Of a DNA stretch of 52,590 nucleotides, positions 40,284-49,239 are shown in pieces (positions within the stretch are counted from its first letter, which is position 1; the number at the start of each line of letters is the position of its first letter). The notes beneath the pieces were generated by a model, which saw only the letters and a program-made list of their open reading frames with translations, was not told where the DNA came from and did no database searches. Both the position numbers and the translations under genes were made by a program. Origin of the DNA: a virus (taxonomy: Duplodnaviria; Caudoviricetes); IMG/VR virus record IMGVR_UViG_3300004457_000145, positions 1 through 52,590 of that record. One strand, given 5' to 3'.

Positions 40284-41048
40284 ATGAGCACTCTATCAGT
40301 AAATAACATCGAAGCGGCACAAGGTGGTGTCGTTAATATTCCATCAGGTTATAGTATATCTGTCGATGGCATTTTAATTAATGGCAATACTTTACCTCCA
40401 ACTCCGTCTGGAAGTAATCAAGGTCAAGCACTCTATGTTAATAGTAGTGGAAATCTAGACTTTTCAACTTCTGGTCCTAGAAGTATTCAAACGTTTACTT
40501 CTAGTGGAACTTGGACTAAACCTTCAGGTATTTCAAAAGTTCTTGTTCAAATTGTTGGTGGCGGTGGTGCGGCTTCTAGTTATGGAGAATCTGGTGCTGC
40601 TGGAGGATTTTCAGAAAAACTAATTGATGTTACTGGAACTAATAGTGTAACTGTTACTGTTGGAGCAGGTTCATCTGCATATACATCATACTCAGGTAGA
40701 GCAGGTGGTGGTGGAACATCTTCATTTGGTTCCTTTATGTCTGCTACTGGAGGTGGCGGGGGGAATAGCGCACACCAACATTGCGGCGGTCTTCCTGGAC
40801 TAGGTTCTGGTGGTGATCTAAATATCTATGGGGGTGGAGGTGCTGGACACTCATATTATGGAAGATTTGGTGGAGGAGATTCTTTCTTCGGTGGTGGTGG
40901 TGCTGCTGGTCACCCACAAGGCGGTTACTATGCTTACAATAATAGAGAACTAGTTGCTGCTGGTGGTGGCGGTTCAGGTGGTTATCATTACTACAGTCAC
41001 GGTGCTACTGGAAAAGATGGTGTTGTTATTGTATACGAATATTCCTAA
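40284..41048 (+). CDS. Glycine-rich fibre-tip/adhesin-like protein 3
   Basis: Paralogue: FTSSGTWTKPSGISKVLVQIVGGGG, HCGG, GHPQGG, GVVIVYEY. Confidence 0.8.
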   Translation: MSTLSVNNIEAAQGGVVNIPSGYSISVDGILINGNTLPPTPSGSNQGQALYVNSSGNLDFSTSGPRSIQTFTSSGTWTKPSGISKVLVQIVGGGGAASSYGESGAAGGFSEKLIDVTGTNSVTVTVGAGSSAYTSYSGRAGGGGTSSFGSFMSATGGGGGNSAHQHCGGLPGLGSGGDLNIYGGGGAGHSYYGRFGGGDSFFGGGGAAGHPQGGYYAYNNRELVAAGGGGSGGYHYYSHGATGKDGVVIVYEYS

Positions 41049-41051
41049 ATA
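41045..41051 (+). promoter_or_regulatory. Possible late promoter CTAAATA
   Basis: Overlaps the stop codon of Gly-rich gene 3, about 22 nt before the next ATG. Confidence 0.55.
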
Positions 41052-41073
41052 TTAAAGAGAAAAATTTTTAAAA

Positions 41074-41535
41074 ATGAAAAGAGTATTAGTAGATTACAGA
41101 GGACTGATCAGCGAAGTCGTTGACGTTGGTTCCGAGTTTCCTGTTTATAACGGAGCAGACGCTACCCTTAAGTGGGTTCTTTGTCCTAATGACGAAGTAA
41201 CTGCTCTCTGGCATCTGTCAGAAGGACAGTGGGTTTCCCCAGAACAGAAAGTTGACTATGATCAAAACATGAAAAGAAAGATTGCCTATGGAGACATTGG
41301 CGATCAACTTGATCTACTCTTCAAAGATATTAAATCAGGACATTTGTCTGATGGAGAATGGGTTGCCAGTATTGATAGAGTAAAGACAGAAATCGAATCA
41401 CAGCGTTCATACGAAGCAAACTCGGCTAACTTTGAAGGAAAGGTTAGAGTAAAAATTCATGGCACCGAAGATCCATCATGGAACTATCTACCAAATTCTG
41501 ATTTGATTCCCCCCGAATTTCCTAACGACAACTGA
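41074..41535 (+). CDS. Putative tail fibre assembly/chaperone-like protein
   Basis: RKIAYGDIGDQLDLLFKDI...W...I..VK motif, recalled from proteins next to fibre genes in marine phages; position supports this. Confidence 0.55.
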   Translation: MKRVLVDYRGLISEVVDVGSEFPVYNGADATLKWVLCPNDEVTALWHLSEGQWVSPEQKVDYDQNMKRKIAYGDIGDQLDLLFKDIKSGHLSDGEWVASIDRVKTEIESQRSYEANSANFEGKVRVKIHGTEDPSWNYLPNSDLIPPEFPNDN

Positions 41536-41550
41536 TAACATCTCTATATT

Positions 41551-43050
41551 ATGAAAGTCAATTCAATATGCATTGTCGGTGGTGGCACTGCAGGATGGAT
41601 GTCTGCGGCAACTTTCTCAAGAGTTTTTCCAGATAAGAAGATTACTCTTGTCGAGTCTCCATCTATTGCCACCATCGGTGTTGGAGAATCTACCACTCAG
41701 TTCTTTAGAAAGTGGTTGAACTTTATTGATCTTGATAATTCATGGATGGAAGAATGCGATGCCACATACAAGTTTAGTGTAAGGTTTGAAAACTTCAACG
41801 AAGAAGATCCTTTCCACTATCCATTTACAACGCAAGACTCAAGGAAAGATCCAACTGCGTGGTTCATACACAAAGCAATTACTCCAGGATTGTCTGTGAG
41901 TGATTATGCTGATTGGTATGCTCCACAAATGAAAGCAGTTAATGAGGGTAGAATACCAACCCAAGACTTTGATAGATTTGTTCTGAAGAGAGACACAGGT
42001 TTCCACTTCGACGCTACTAAGTTTGCAACTTGGTTAAAGAATAATTTGTGTCAGAATGTAGAGCACATTGAAGCAGATGTTATTAGTGCCGACCTAGATG
42101 AGTCTGGCAATATAGAGAGTTTACATCTTGACAATGATTCATTGTTGAAAGCAGATCTATTCATTGATTGCACAGGATTTAGATCTTACTTGATCAATGA
42201 TATCATGAAGACTCCATGGGAGACCTTTGATGATATGCTACCCAATGATAGTGCATGGACTGTAAGACTTCCATATACAGATAAAAAGTCTCAGATGAGG
42301 ACTTATACTAACTGCACTGCATTGAACAATGGTTGGGTATGGAATGTCCCATTGAGAAATAGAATAGGAACAGGATACAACTATTCATCAAAGTTTATTA
42401 GTGATGAGGATGCTCTAGAAGAATTTAAAGAGCACCTTGGATATCCTAAAGAAACTCTATGTGAATATAGAAACATCAAATTTAAAACGGGAATCTCAAA
42501 GAAACCCTGGAACAAAAATGTCCTTGCAATTGGATTGTCTGGTGGATTTATTGAACCCCTAGAATCAAATGGATTGCTTAGTGTCCATGAATGGTTGATC
42601 TATGCTTCTCAAATAATTGGAGACAATGCAGTAAGAGCATTAGATATTAATGCATTCAACTTTACTGTTACCAAAGAGTTTAAAACTTTTGCTTACTTTG
42701 TATATTATCACTATGCTTTATCAAGTAGAACTGACTCTCCATACTGGAAGTATATGACAGAACAATATGATGGACATGGAGATCTTCATGATGAATATTT
42801 GTATAAAACTAGAAAGGCAACTACGCCATTGAACAAATTAGAATATGAAAAATTTACTTATACTAACTATAGTGGCGAATCTTTTATCATGGCAGGACAC
42901 GGATACAATCCATTTAATCTTGTAACTCTAAGACTTCTAGAGACAGAAAACATCATTGACAAAGGTTCATATATATCTTTAGATAACTATAAGCATTACG
43001 ACGGCTTAGTTAATACATTCCCATTTGCTCACGAATATTATGAAAGTTGA
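41551..43050 (+). CDS. Flavin-dependent halogenase, tryptophan-halogenase (PrnA-like) family, copy 1
   Basis: GGGTAG FAD motif, IGVGEST, ATYK (catalytic Lys position), HFDA, FIDCTGF, WVWNVP, FIEPLESNG. Confidence 0.9.
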   Translation: MKVNSICIVGGGTAGWMSAATFSRVFPDKKITLVESPSIATIGVGESTTQFFRKWLNFIDLDNSWMEECDATYKFSVRFENFNEEDPFHYPFTTQDSRKDPTAWFIHKAITPGLSVSDYADWYAPQMKAVNEGRIPTQDFDRFVLKRDTGFHFDATKFATWLKNNLCQNVEHIEADVISADLDESGNIESLHLDNDSLLKADLFIDCTGFRSYLINDIMKTPWETFDDMLPNDSAWTVRLPYTDKKSQMRTYTNCTALNNGWVWNVPLRNRIGTGYNYSSKFISDEDALEEFKEHLGYPKETLCEYRNIKFKTGISKKPWNKNVLAIGLSGGFIEPLESNGLLSVHEWLIYASQIIGDNAVRALDINAFNFTVTKEFKTFAYFVYYHYALSSRTDSPYWKYMTEQYDGHGDLHDEYLYKTRKATTPLNKLEYEKFTYTNYSGESFIMAGHGYNPFNLVTLRLLETENIIDKGSYISLDNYKHYDGLVNTFPFAHEYYES

Positions 43051-44662
43051 AAAGATCGTTATTGTTGGTGGTGGTTCGTCTGGATGGATGACTGCAGCAC
43101 TATTGGCAAAACAACTGCCTCATATTAATGTTACAGTTATTGAACCCGAAGATATTCCTACGGTTGGTGTTGGAGAGTCAACACTTGGTCATATCAATAG
43201 ATACATGAAGATGATTGGCATTCTCGATAGAGAAAAAGAATGGATGCCATACTGTGCTGCAACGTATAAAGTATCAATTCAGTTTACAGACTTTACACAC
43301 ATTGGAGATAGATACCAATATCCATTTGGTCAGATGGATTATAGTAATGATATCAGTCTTCAAGACTATGCTTATATCAAAGCAAGACATCCTGAATTTG
43401 AAGTTCCGTATGCTAACTTCTACAATCCTATAGCATACTTAGCAGACAATAATAAAATGACTGCTGATTCTAGGGTTATCAGGAATTTTGATTTCAACTA
43501 TGACACATCATATCATTTTGACGCTGCTCGTTTTGGGGAATGGTTAAAAATTAATATATGTGAACCAGAGGGTGTCACTGTAATTAGAGATTCAGTTGAA
43601 AATATTAATGTGAATAATGATGGTATTGAATCGTTAGTATTAAAAAAAGATAAATCTAAAATTACTGCAGATCTATTCATTGATTGCACAGGATTCAAAT
43701 CTCTTCTTCTAGAGCAAACTATGGGTTCTGAGTTTGTAAGTTTCAGTGATGTTCTTCCTAATGACAAAGCAATTGCTACAAAAATTCCATATGTCGATAA
43801 GAAAAAAGAAATTCATAATGTAACAGACTGCCATGCTTTATCTGCTGGTTGGGTTTGGGATATTCCTTTGTGGCATAGAAGAGGAACTGGATATGTATAC
43901 TCCAGCAAATATATTAGTAGAGAAGATGCAGAGACAGAATTTAGAGCACATCTTGCCAAGACTCTAGATCCAAAGAGAGCAGAAGAAGCAGAATTTTTTG
44001 AGATTGATATTCGTCATGGAAAAAGAAAAAGAGCATGGGTTAAGAACGTAGTTGGTATTGGACTCTCCTATGGGTTCTTAGAACCCCTAGAATCTACAGG
44101 ACTTTTCACTACACATGAAAATGCTATTATGCTAGTTAACACCCTTGAGAGACGTTCTGGGTTTGTCTCGAAGGTTGATGTCGATGGATATAACTATGCT
44201 GCAGATCATATCATCGAATGCTTTAAGTCATTTATTCAGTTCCATTATTCCCTGTCACAGAGAGAAGATAGTCAATATTGGAAAGATCAAATTCATAACA
44301 CTCCTTTGTATTACAATGATAATCCTACTGACATTACATTGACATCCCCAAGATTGTATAAGGAATATTTACATGCAGTAAATGTAGCTAATGTCAGTGA
44401 AGACCTACAAGGATTAAATTATATTGCAGGGGGGATGGGGTATAATCATGTTGGACCATCGGAAACCAACTTCAGACTTAGCAAACAATACGCTGATCCG
44501 TCTAGAATAAATAAGGGTATGGTAGTATCTAGACAAACCAGAGACTATGTGATGCGCCAAATTGTTAATATGCAGTCTACTTATGAATTTCTCCAAAATA
44601 ATGTCTACTTTGAATATATTTCGACAGAGAGAAAATACACACCGAAAGAATACAACTTCTAA
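43040..44662 (+). CDS. Flavin-dependent halogenase, PrnA-like family, copy 2
   Basis: ATG 43040 (MKVEKIVIVGGGSSG), VGVGEST, ATYK, YHFDA, FIDCTGF, WVWDIP, FLEPLESTG. Confidence 0.9.
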   Translation: MKVEKIVIVGGGSSGWMTAALLAKQLPHINVTVIEPEDIPTVGVGESTLGHINRYMKMIGILDREKEWMPYCAATYKVSIQFTDFTHIGDRYQYPFGQMDYSNDISLQDYAYIKARHPEFEVPYANFYNPIAYLADNNKMTADSRVIRNFDFNYDTSYHFDAARFGEWLKINICEPEGVTVIRDSVENINVNNDGIESLVLKKDKSKITADLFIDCTGFKSLLLEQTMGSEFVSFSDVLPNDKAIATKIPYVDKKKEIHNVTDCHALSAGWVWDIPLWHRRGTGYVYSSKYISREDAETEFRAHLAKTLDPKRAEEAEFFEIDIRHGKRKRAWVKNVVGIGLSYGFLEPLESTGLFTTHENAIMLVNTLERRSGFVSKVDVDGYNYAADHIIECFKSFIQFHYSLSQREDSQYWKDQIHNTPLYYNDNPTDITLTSPRLYKEYLHAVNVANVSEDLQGLNYIAGGMGYNHVGPSETNFRLSKQYADPSRINKGMVVSRQTRDYVMRQIVNMQSTYEFLQNNVYFEYISTERKYTPKEYNF

Positions 44663-45428
44663 GATTAAATTTATTTCAACTGTTCCTGGAGTGAGCACTT
44701 TATATCCAATCACTCCAGCAATGAAATATAAAAGAGAATGGATTGGCGAAGAGAAAGAAGACTACAAAGAAAGAAAATCAAAGTGTCCTGTTAATAGTCT
44801 GGTAGCACCTCTTATAGGTTCTATTACAAAGTGTCCTGCTGTAAAAGCAACAATGGGATCAGGATATATTCTGAGAGCACCTGCTGATTTTAAGATTCAT
44901 ACGAATGGAGATGGCGAAACTCTACTACCAACAGCAAGAGATATTCATCAACGCTATACTTATATTGTAACACACGAAAAAGAAATTACTGATTGGTTAC
45001 TGAGTCCTGCTCTAAGAGAAAAAACAGTAAAGACTGTGGTTAAAGTTAATACTCCATGGAGACTCATCTGTCCAGATGATGATATTGTTTTCATGGTAAC
45101 TCCTGTTCCATTTACATCAGAAAGTCGCTTCTCTGCAGTTCAAGGTATCCTAGATCCAAAAACTGCATATGAAGTAAACGTCCAATTATATTGGCATGTT
45201 ATGGAAGGAGATGTTGTTATCAAAGCAGGAACTCCTCTGTGTCAATATATTCCTATTTCAAGAAAAGCATTGACTTCGGAAATTGAATGTTATGATGCCA
45301 CCCAGTATGATCATAAGATGGAAGATGAGATTTACTATGCAGGTATTCACACTTACATGGAAGAATCTACAGGGACAGAAAAAATGCTGAGAATCTCTAA
45401 AATTATGAATAAGTATTATGGTAATTAA
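44601..45428 (+). CDS. Conserved phage hypothetical protein (KCP..GY..P.D / IKAGTPLCQYIP; possibly dUTPase-like beta fold)
   Basis: ORF track 44562..45428; start uncertain (ATG 44601 or later). Confidence 0.6.
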   Translation: MSTLNIFRQRENTHRKNTTSKIKFISTVPGVSTLYPITPAMKYKREWIGEEKEDYKERKSKCPVNSLVAPLIGSITKCPAVKATMGSGYILRAPADFKIHTNGDGETLLPTARDIHQRYTYIVTHEKEITDWLLSPALREKTVKTVVKVNTPWRLICPDDDIVFMVTPVPFTSESRFSAVQGILDPKTAYEVNVQLYWHVMEGDVVIKAGTPLCQYIPISRKALTSEIECYDATQYDHKMEDEIYYAGIHTYMEESTGTEKMLRISKIMNKYYGN

Positions 45429-46047
45429 TTTATTTCCAACACCAATTTACAAGAGATCAATTCGTCCTACTGAATTAGAAAAAAATACTTGTGACAATTT
45501 CTTCGCAGAAATATTTGATAAGTTAGATAAGAATGTGTGGCCAGGTGAGTCTGGAAAATCAACAGGATACTATGATGTAGACTTACATACAAGACCAGAG
45601 TTTAAATGGTTGTTTGACGGAATGATAGAACCATTGAATACTTATTGGTGGGAAGTATTAAAATATCACAATGCTTTAGTTCCTACCATAACTAGTTCGT
45701 GGGCAAATCTTCATATGAAAGGAGAGTCTACTGATGTCCACTCACATGTTGATGGTTATGACGGACTCAATCATATCTCTGGAGTCTTTTACTACAAGAA
45801 ACAAAAGGAAGAAGAAAATATTAAATTTGCAAATCCACTGGATTCTTTATTGAGGTGTCAACCATACAGAGACATGAAAGGCATTGAAGAAATATCTACA
45901 GCACTAGAGACTGAATCATATGATCTATTAATTTTCCCTTCTTGGTTGAGACATAGAGTTGATCCAAACGTATTAGACGAACCACGTATTGCTATATCAT
46001 TTAACTGCAGAGGAAATTATGCTGGCACAGAAAACTTCATTAGATGA
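45418..46047 (+). CDS. Fe(II)/2OG oxygenase, TIGR02466-like
   Basis: LFPTPIY, SWAN, HSH, ISGVFY, LLIFPSWLRHRV, RIAISFN. Confidence 0.88.
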   Translation: MVINLFPTPIYKRSIRPTELEKNTCDNFFAEIFDKLDKNVWPGESGKSTGYYDVDLHTRPEFKWLFDGMIEPLNTYWWEVLKYHNALVPTITSSWANLHMKGESTDVHSHVDGYDGLNHISGVFYYKKQKEEENIKFANPLDSLLRCQPYRDMKGIEEISTALETESYDLLIFPSWLRHRVDPNVLDEPRIAISFNCRGNYAGTENFIR

Positions 46048-46783
46048 CTTTACTTTATGGAGTCCTAGTTCAGTATACTTCAATGATTTTATTAAAGTAA
46101 AGTCATTGAAAGATTGGGAGTATGAAAGAAAGGACAACTACTGGATTGCGGAGTCTCCATTTTATGAAGATGGATTGGATAGATTTAGAGACTTCGTAGC
46201 GCAATGTCCCGTATGGAGAACTAATTCAGAAAAAATATTTAAAGAGAACAATCCTTTTGCAACTATCCATTTACCTACTTGGGCAACAGCTGATGTGTGT
46301 CAATTGCTCAGGGATTTTTTTGTAGTAGAATGTGGTAGTAATTTTTATAATTATCACTACGAAGAGTGGGGTAATATTTTTGATAGAAATTATTGCAAAC
46401 CATTAAAGAGATGGAGAATTCCTCATATGGATTGGCCGAAAGGAATTGTAGGAAACTTATGGTTTGATGGTGGACAATCTACAGGAACTAAACTATACCG
46501 TTACAAAAGAAATGTAAACGTTACTCAGATGGAATTTCATTACAACACAGAACTTCCTCAACATCAAAAATGGATTTCATATGCTGATGATGATAGAGCA
46601 GATGAATGGTTTAATTTTGAAGACACAGATTACTGGGAGTTTGAAGAAATTGATTTTGCTCCTGCTAAAACTGGAACCATGACTTTATACCGTAGTAATA
46701 CAGCACACGATCCTTTCATCACACCAGACACTAATTTCAGATGGTCCCATACGTTCTGTTGCTTTATTGATCATGTATCTTGA
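46019..46783 (+). CDS. Putative Fe(II)/2OG oxygenase (HxD...H)
   Basis: ATG 46019 after GAGG; RIPHMD, GTKLY, MTLYRSNTAH, late Arg in FRWS. Confidence 0.65.
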   Translation: MLAQKTSLDDFTLWSPSSVYFNDFIKVKSLKDWEYERKDNYWIAESPFYEDGLDRFRDFVAQCPVWRTNSEKIFKENNPFATIHLPTWATADVCQLLRDFFVVECGSNFYNYHYEEWGNIFDRNYCKPLKRWRIPHMDWPKGIVGNLWFDGGQSTGTKLYRYKRNVNVTQMEFHYNTELPQHQKWISYADDDRADEWFNFEDTDYWEFEEIDFAPAKTGTMTLYRSNTAHDPFITPDTNFRWSHTFCCFIDHVS

Positions 46784-47345
46784 ACCAGTATTTTCTACAC
46801 CTATATGGTCGGAACAATTAGAGTTAGACTTATCAAGTCTTGAGAGATATGCATATAGTCTCCAGGAAAAAGATTCTGGCAGAGTTATATCAAATCATGG
46901 AGGTTGGCAGTCTTCTGATATATTTGAGTTTGATAATACCCCTATCGAACCTCTAATAAATAATATTAGGAAACTACTAAAGGTATGTTTTCAAACACTG
47001 GAAGTCCCAAATATTCCAGTCATAGACAATGCATGGGTTAATATCAATCCTCCAGGATCTTTTAACAAACCACATATTCATGGGAATAATTGTTTTCTTG
47101 CAGTTGTATTTTACGTAAAGGCAGCAAATAATAGCGGAAGTATATTTTTTGATAGAGGTTCTCTTCAAGAATATATCTTAAGTAATTTTGTTCCTGGCGG
47201 TAGGAATACTTTTAACAGTTCTAGATGGCAGTATCAATCAAAAGAAAATCAAGTTATCATTTTCCCATCTTGGATTTCTCATTCTGTCGGCGTAAACGAA
47301 TCAGATAGCGACCGAATCTCTATAGCATTAAATGTAAAAATATGA
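46773..47345 (+). CDS. Fe(II)/2OG oxygenase, TIGR02466-like
   Basis: FSTPIW, SNHGGWQS, WVNIN, PHIH, IIFPSWISHSV, RISIALN. Confidence 0.88.
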   Translation: MYLEPVFSTPIWSEQLELDLSSLERYAYSLQEKDSGRVISNHGGWQSSDIFEFDNTPIEPLINNIRKLLKVCFQTLEVPNIPVIDNAWVNINPPGSFNKPHIHGNNCFLAVVFYVKAANNSGSIFFDRGSLQEYILSNFVPGGRNTFNSSRWQYQSKENQVIIFPSWISHSVGVNESDSDRISIALNVKI

Positions 47346-47977
47346 TTGAACTTAATAATTTTTTATCAGACAGACTAAATCGCCATTACGAAAATATTTT
47401 ATTTCATGGAGAGTTCCCTTGGTATTATGCTGATAACATTACAAATAGTCCCACGCATTTTAATTCATATCCTATAGATTATAAACAGTATGGATTTCAT
47501 CATACTTGTTTTATGGAGTATGAATCTAGAAGTTCTACTTTATCATACTTTACTCATCTAGTAGAAATGGTTAAAGATGAACTACCAGAAAATCCAGAAG
47601 GTCATGATTGGGAATTGTTTAGAGTGAGGTGTGGATTTAATCTTCCATTGAGTCCTATCAATAAAAGATATGCTTCTCTAGATCATAACCAACCACATGT
47701 TGATCATGATAACATAGTTGTTACTGGTAAAACTTTAACTTGTTTGTATTATGTTAATGATACAGATGGAGATACTTTTATTTTTAACGAGAAACTAAAA
47801 CCTGCTCCTTCATCATGGCCAGCAAAATTTACTGTTAAGACTAGAGTAAATCCTACCAGAAATAAATTATTAATTTTTGATGGCGATCATTTCCATGCAA
47901 GTTCTAGTCCTGTTGAATATGAATCAAGATTAGTATTAACATTTAATTTTCATGATAGACGTTACCAACTTCCATAA
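47342..47977 (+). CDS. Fe(II)/2OG oxygenase
   Basis: PHVD, LYYVNDTDGDT, LIFDGDHFHASSSP, RLVLTFN. Confidence 0.85.
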   Translation: MIELNNFLSDRLNRHYENILFHGEFPWYYADNITNSPTHFNSYPIDYKQYGFHHTCFMEYESRSSTLSYFTHLVEMVKDELPENPEGHDWELFRVRCGFNLPLSPINKRYASLDHNQPHVDHDNIVVTGKTLTCLYYVNDTDGDTFIFNEKLKPAPSSWPAKFTVKTRVNPTRNKLLIFDGDHFHASSSPVEYESRLVLTFNFHDRRYQLP

Positions 47978-48677
47978 ATTTTTAGAAAGAATTCATTCAG
48001 AATGTTTATTCGATGAAAAACCTCTTCATGGTAAGAATGTTTTTTCCGAACCAGTGGCTACATGGAATGATGTCAATGATGTAATTAACTTCAATAGAGG
48101 AGTAGTTGACATCATCGATAGTAATGGAAATCGTATAGATGTTCCCGCACTTAAATATTTTTGGTCTAGTAGAATACTACAGAGCAAGGTAGAAATTACA
48201 CAACAAATTTTAAAAGGAAATTGTTTTTCTATATCTCAATGTTTCTACCTTAACGAACCTGTTAATTACATACTTAATATACTAGAAGAAAGATTTGATT
48301 TGATATGTGATGCTCATCTATATGGAGGAATAAGTGGCGAAGCAAATTCATTTCATCCTCATGTAGATGTTCCATCTAATTTTATTATTCAACTAGAAGG
48401 AGATACTCAATGGACGATATATAAGAACACTGCTTCGGACATGTATCCACAAGAATATATTAATTCTTATAGAAATGTAGATTGTCTAGAACCAGAGATA
48501 GAAGTTATATTAACTCCTGGAGATATTTTATACATTCCCCCTAGAAAATATCATAAAGCAAATCCAAGCGGTAAAAGATTATCTCTAAGCATACCTGCTG
48601 CATCTAAGAAATACACTAATGCTCTCCCTATCGACAGACAATTATATGATATTACCAAAGGATGTTCATTTAATTAA
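47952..48677 (+). CDS. JmjC/cupin-4 oxygenase (YcfD/ROX-like)
   Basis: AHLY, SFHPHVD..NFIIQLEG...W, LTPGDILYIPPRKYHKA, RLSLS. Confidence 0.85.
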   Translation: MIDVTNFHKFLERIHSECLFDEKPLHGKNVFSEPVATWNDVNDVINFNRGVVDIIDSNGNRIDVPALKYFWSSRILQSKVEITQQILKGNCFSISQCFYLNEPVNYILNILEERFDLICDAHLYGGISGEANSFHPHVDVPSNFIIQLEGDTQWTIYKNTASDMYPQEYINSYRNVDCLEPEIEVILTPGDILYIPPRKYHKANPSGKRLSLSIPAASKKYTNALPIDRQLYDITKGCSFN

Positions 48678-49239
48678 GAATCATATTAATAAAGATGTTG
48701 TGTCTTTGTTGCTATCTGAGATTAGGATGTTTGTAGAAGCATCAAAAATTTTTGGAGATAGTAGTGGATATGTAGACGATACCTTTAATTGGTATTCTCC
48801 TCCTGGTTGTGAAGCATTGATGTTAAATCAAAAACAATTTGTTGAAGAAAAAATAGGATTAAATTTATATCCAACATATAGTTATGCTAGAATATACAAC
48901 AAAGGTAGTGAACTCAAAAAACATTTAGATAGAAAAAGTTCTGAACATGTAGTTACTTGCTGTTTATATAAAGAATCTCCATATCCCATCACTATAGATG
49001 ATGGCGATAATCTACATCATATAGATCTAGAGGTGGGGGATATACTAATATTCCCTGGCAGAAAGTATTTTCACTGGAGAGATAAATATCAGGGAAAGGA
49101 ACATATTCATTGTTTTCTTCAATATGTTGATGCTGATGGTTCATTGGCAGACTACAAGTATGATACTAGACCATGCTTGGGTTCCAACTACCAATTTACA
49201 GATCAAAAAGTTAAAGATGAAATGATACGAGGTTATTAA
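48646..49239 (+). CDS. Fe(II)/2OG oxygenase, prolyl-hydroxylase-like
   Basis: LYPTYSYARIY..G.EL.KHLDR, GDILIFPG...HWR, FLQYV; start probably ATG 48646. Confidence 0.85.
   Translation: MILPKDVHLIKNHINKDVVSLLLSEIRMFVEASKIFGDSSGYVDDTFNWYSPPGCEALMLNQKQFVEEKIGLNLYPTYSYARIYNKGSELKKHLDRKSSEHVVTCCLYKESPYPITIDDGDNLHHIDLEVGDILIFPGRKYFHWRDKYQGKEHIHCFLQYVDADGSLADYKYDTRPCLGSNYQFTDQKVKDEMIRGY

Noticed and set aside
38759-41048. Diversity-generating retroelement (TR/VR) explanation for the repeated tip genes
   Set aside because: No reverse transcriptase in the window, the differences are not adenine-specific, and all three copies are intact genes.
43642-43648. A7 run as a programmed frameshift or phase-variation site in halogenase 2
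   Set aside because: The ORF is intact through it, no stimulatory structure is evident, and such runs are expected in AT-rich DNA.
41551-44662. Pyrrolnitrin or other small-molecule biosynthetic cluster
   Set aside because: No prnB/C/D, NRPS/PKS, transporter or evident precursor peptide. Family membership alone does not establish tryptophan as substrate, so no prnA symbol is assigned.
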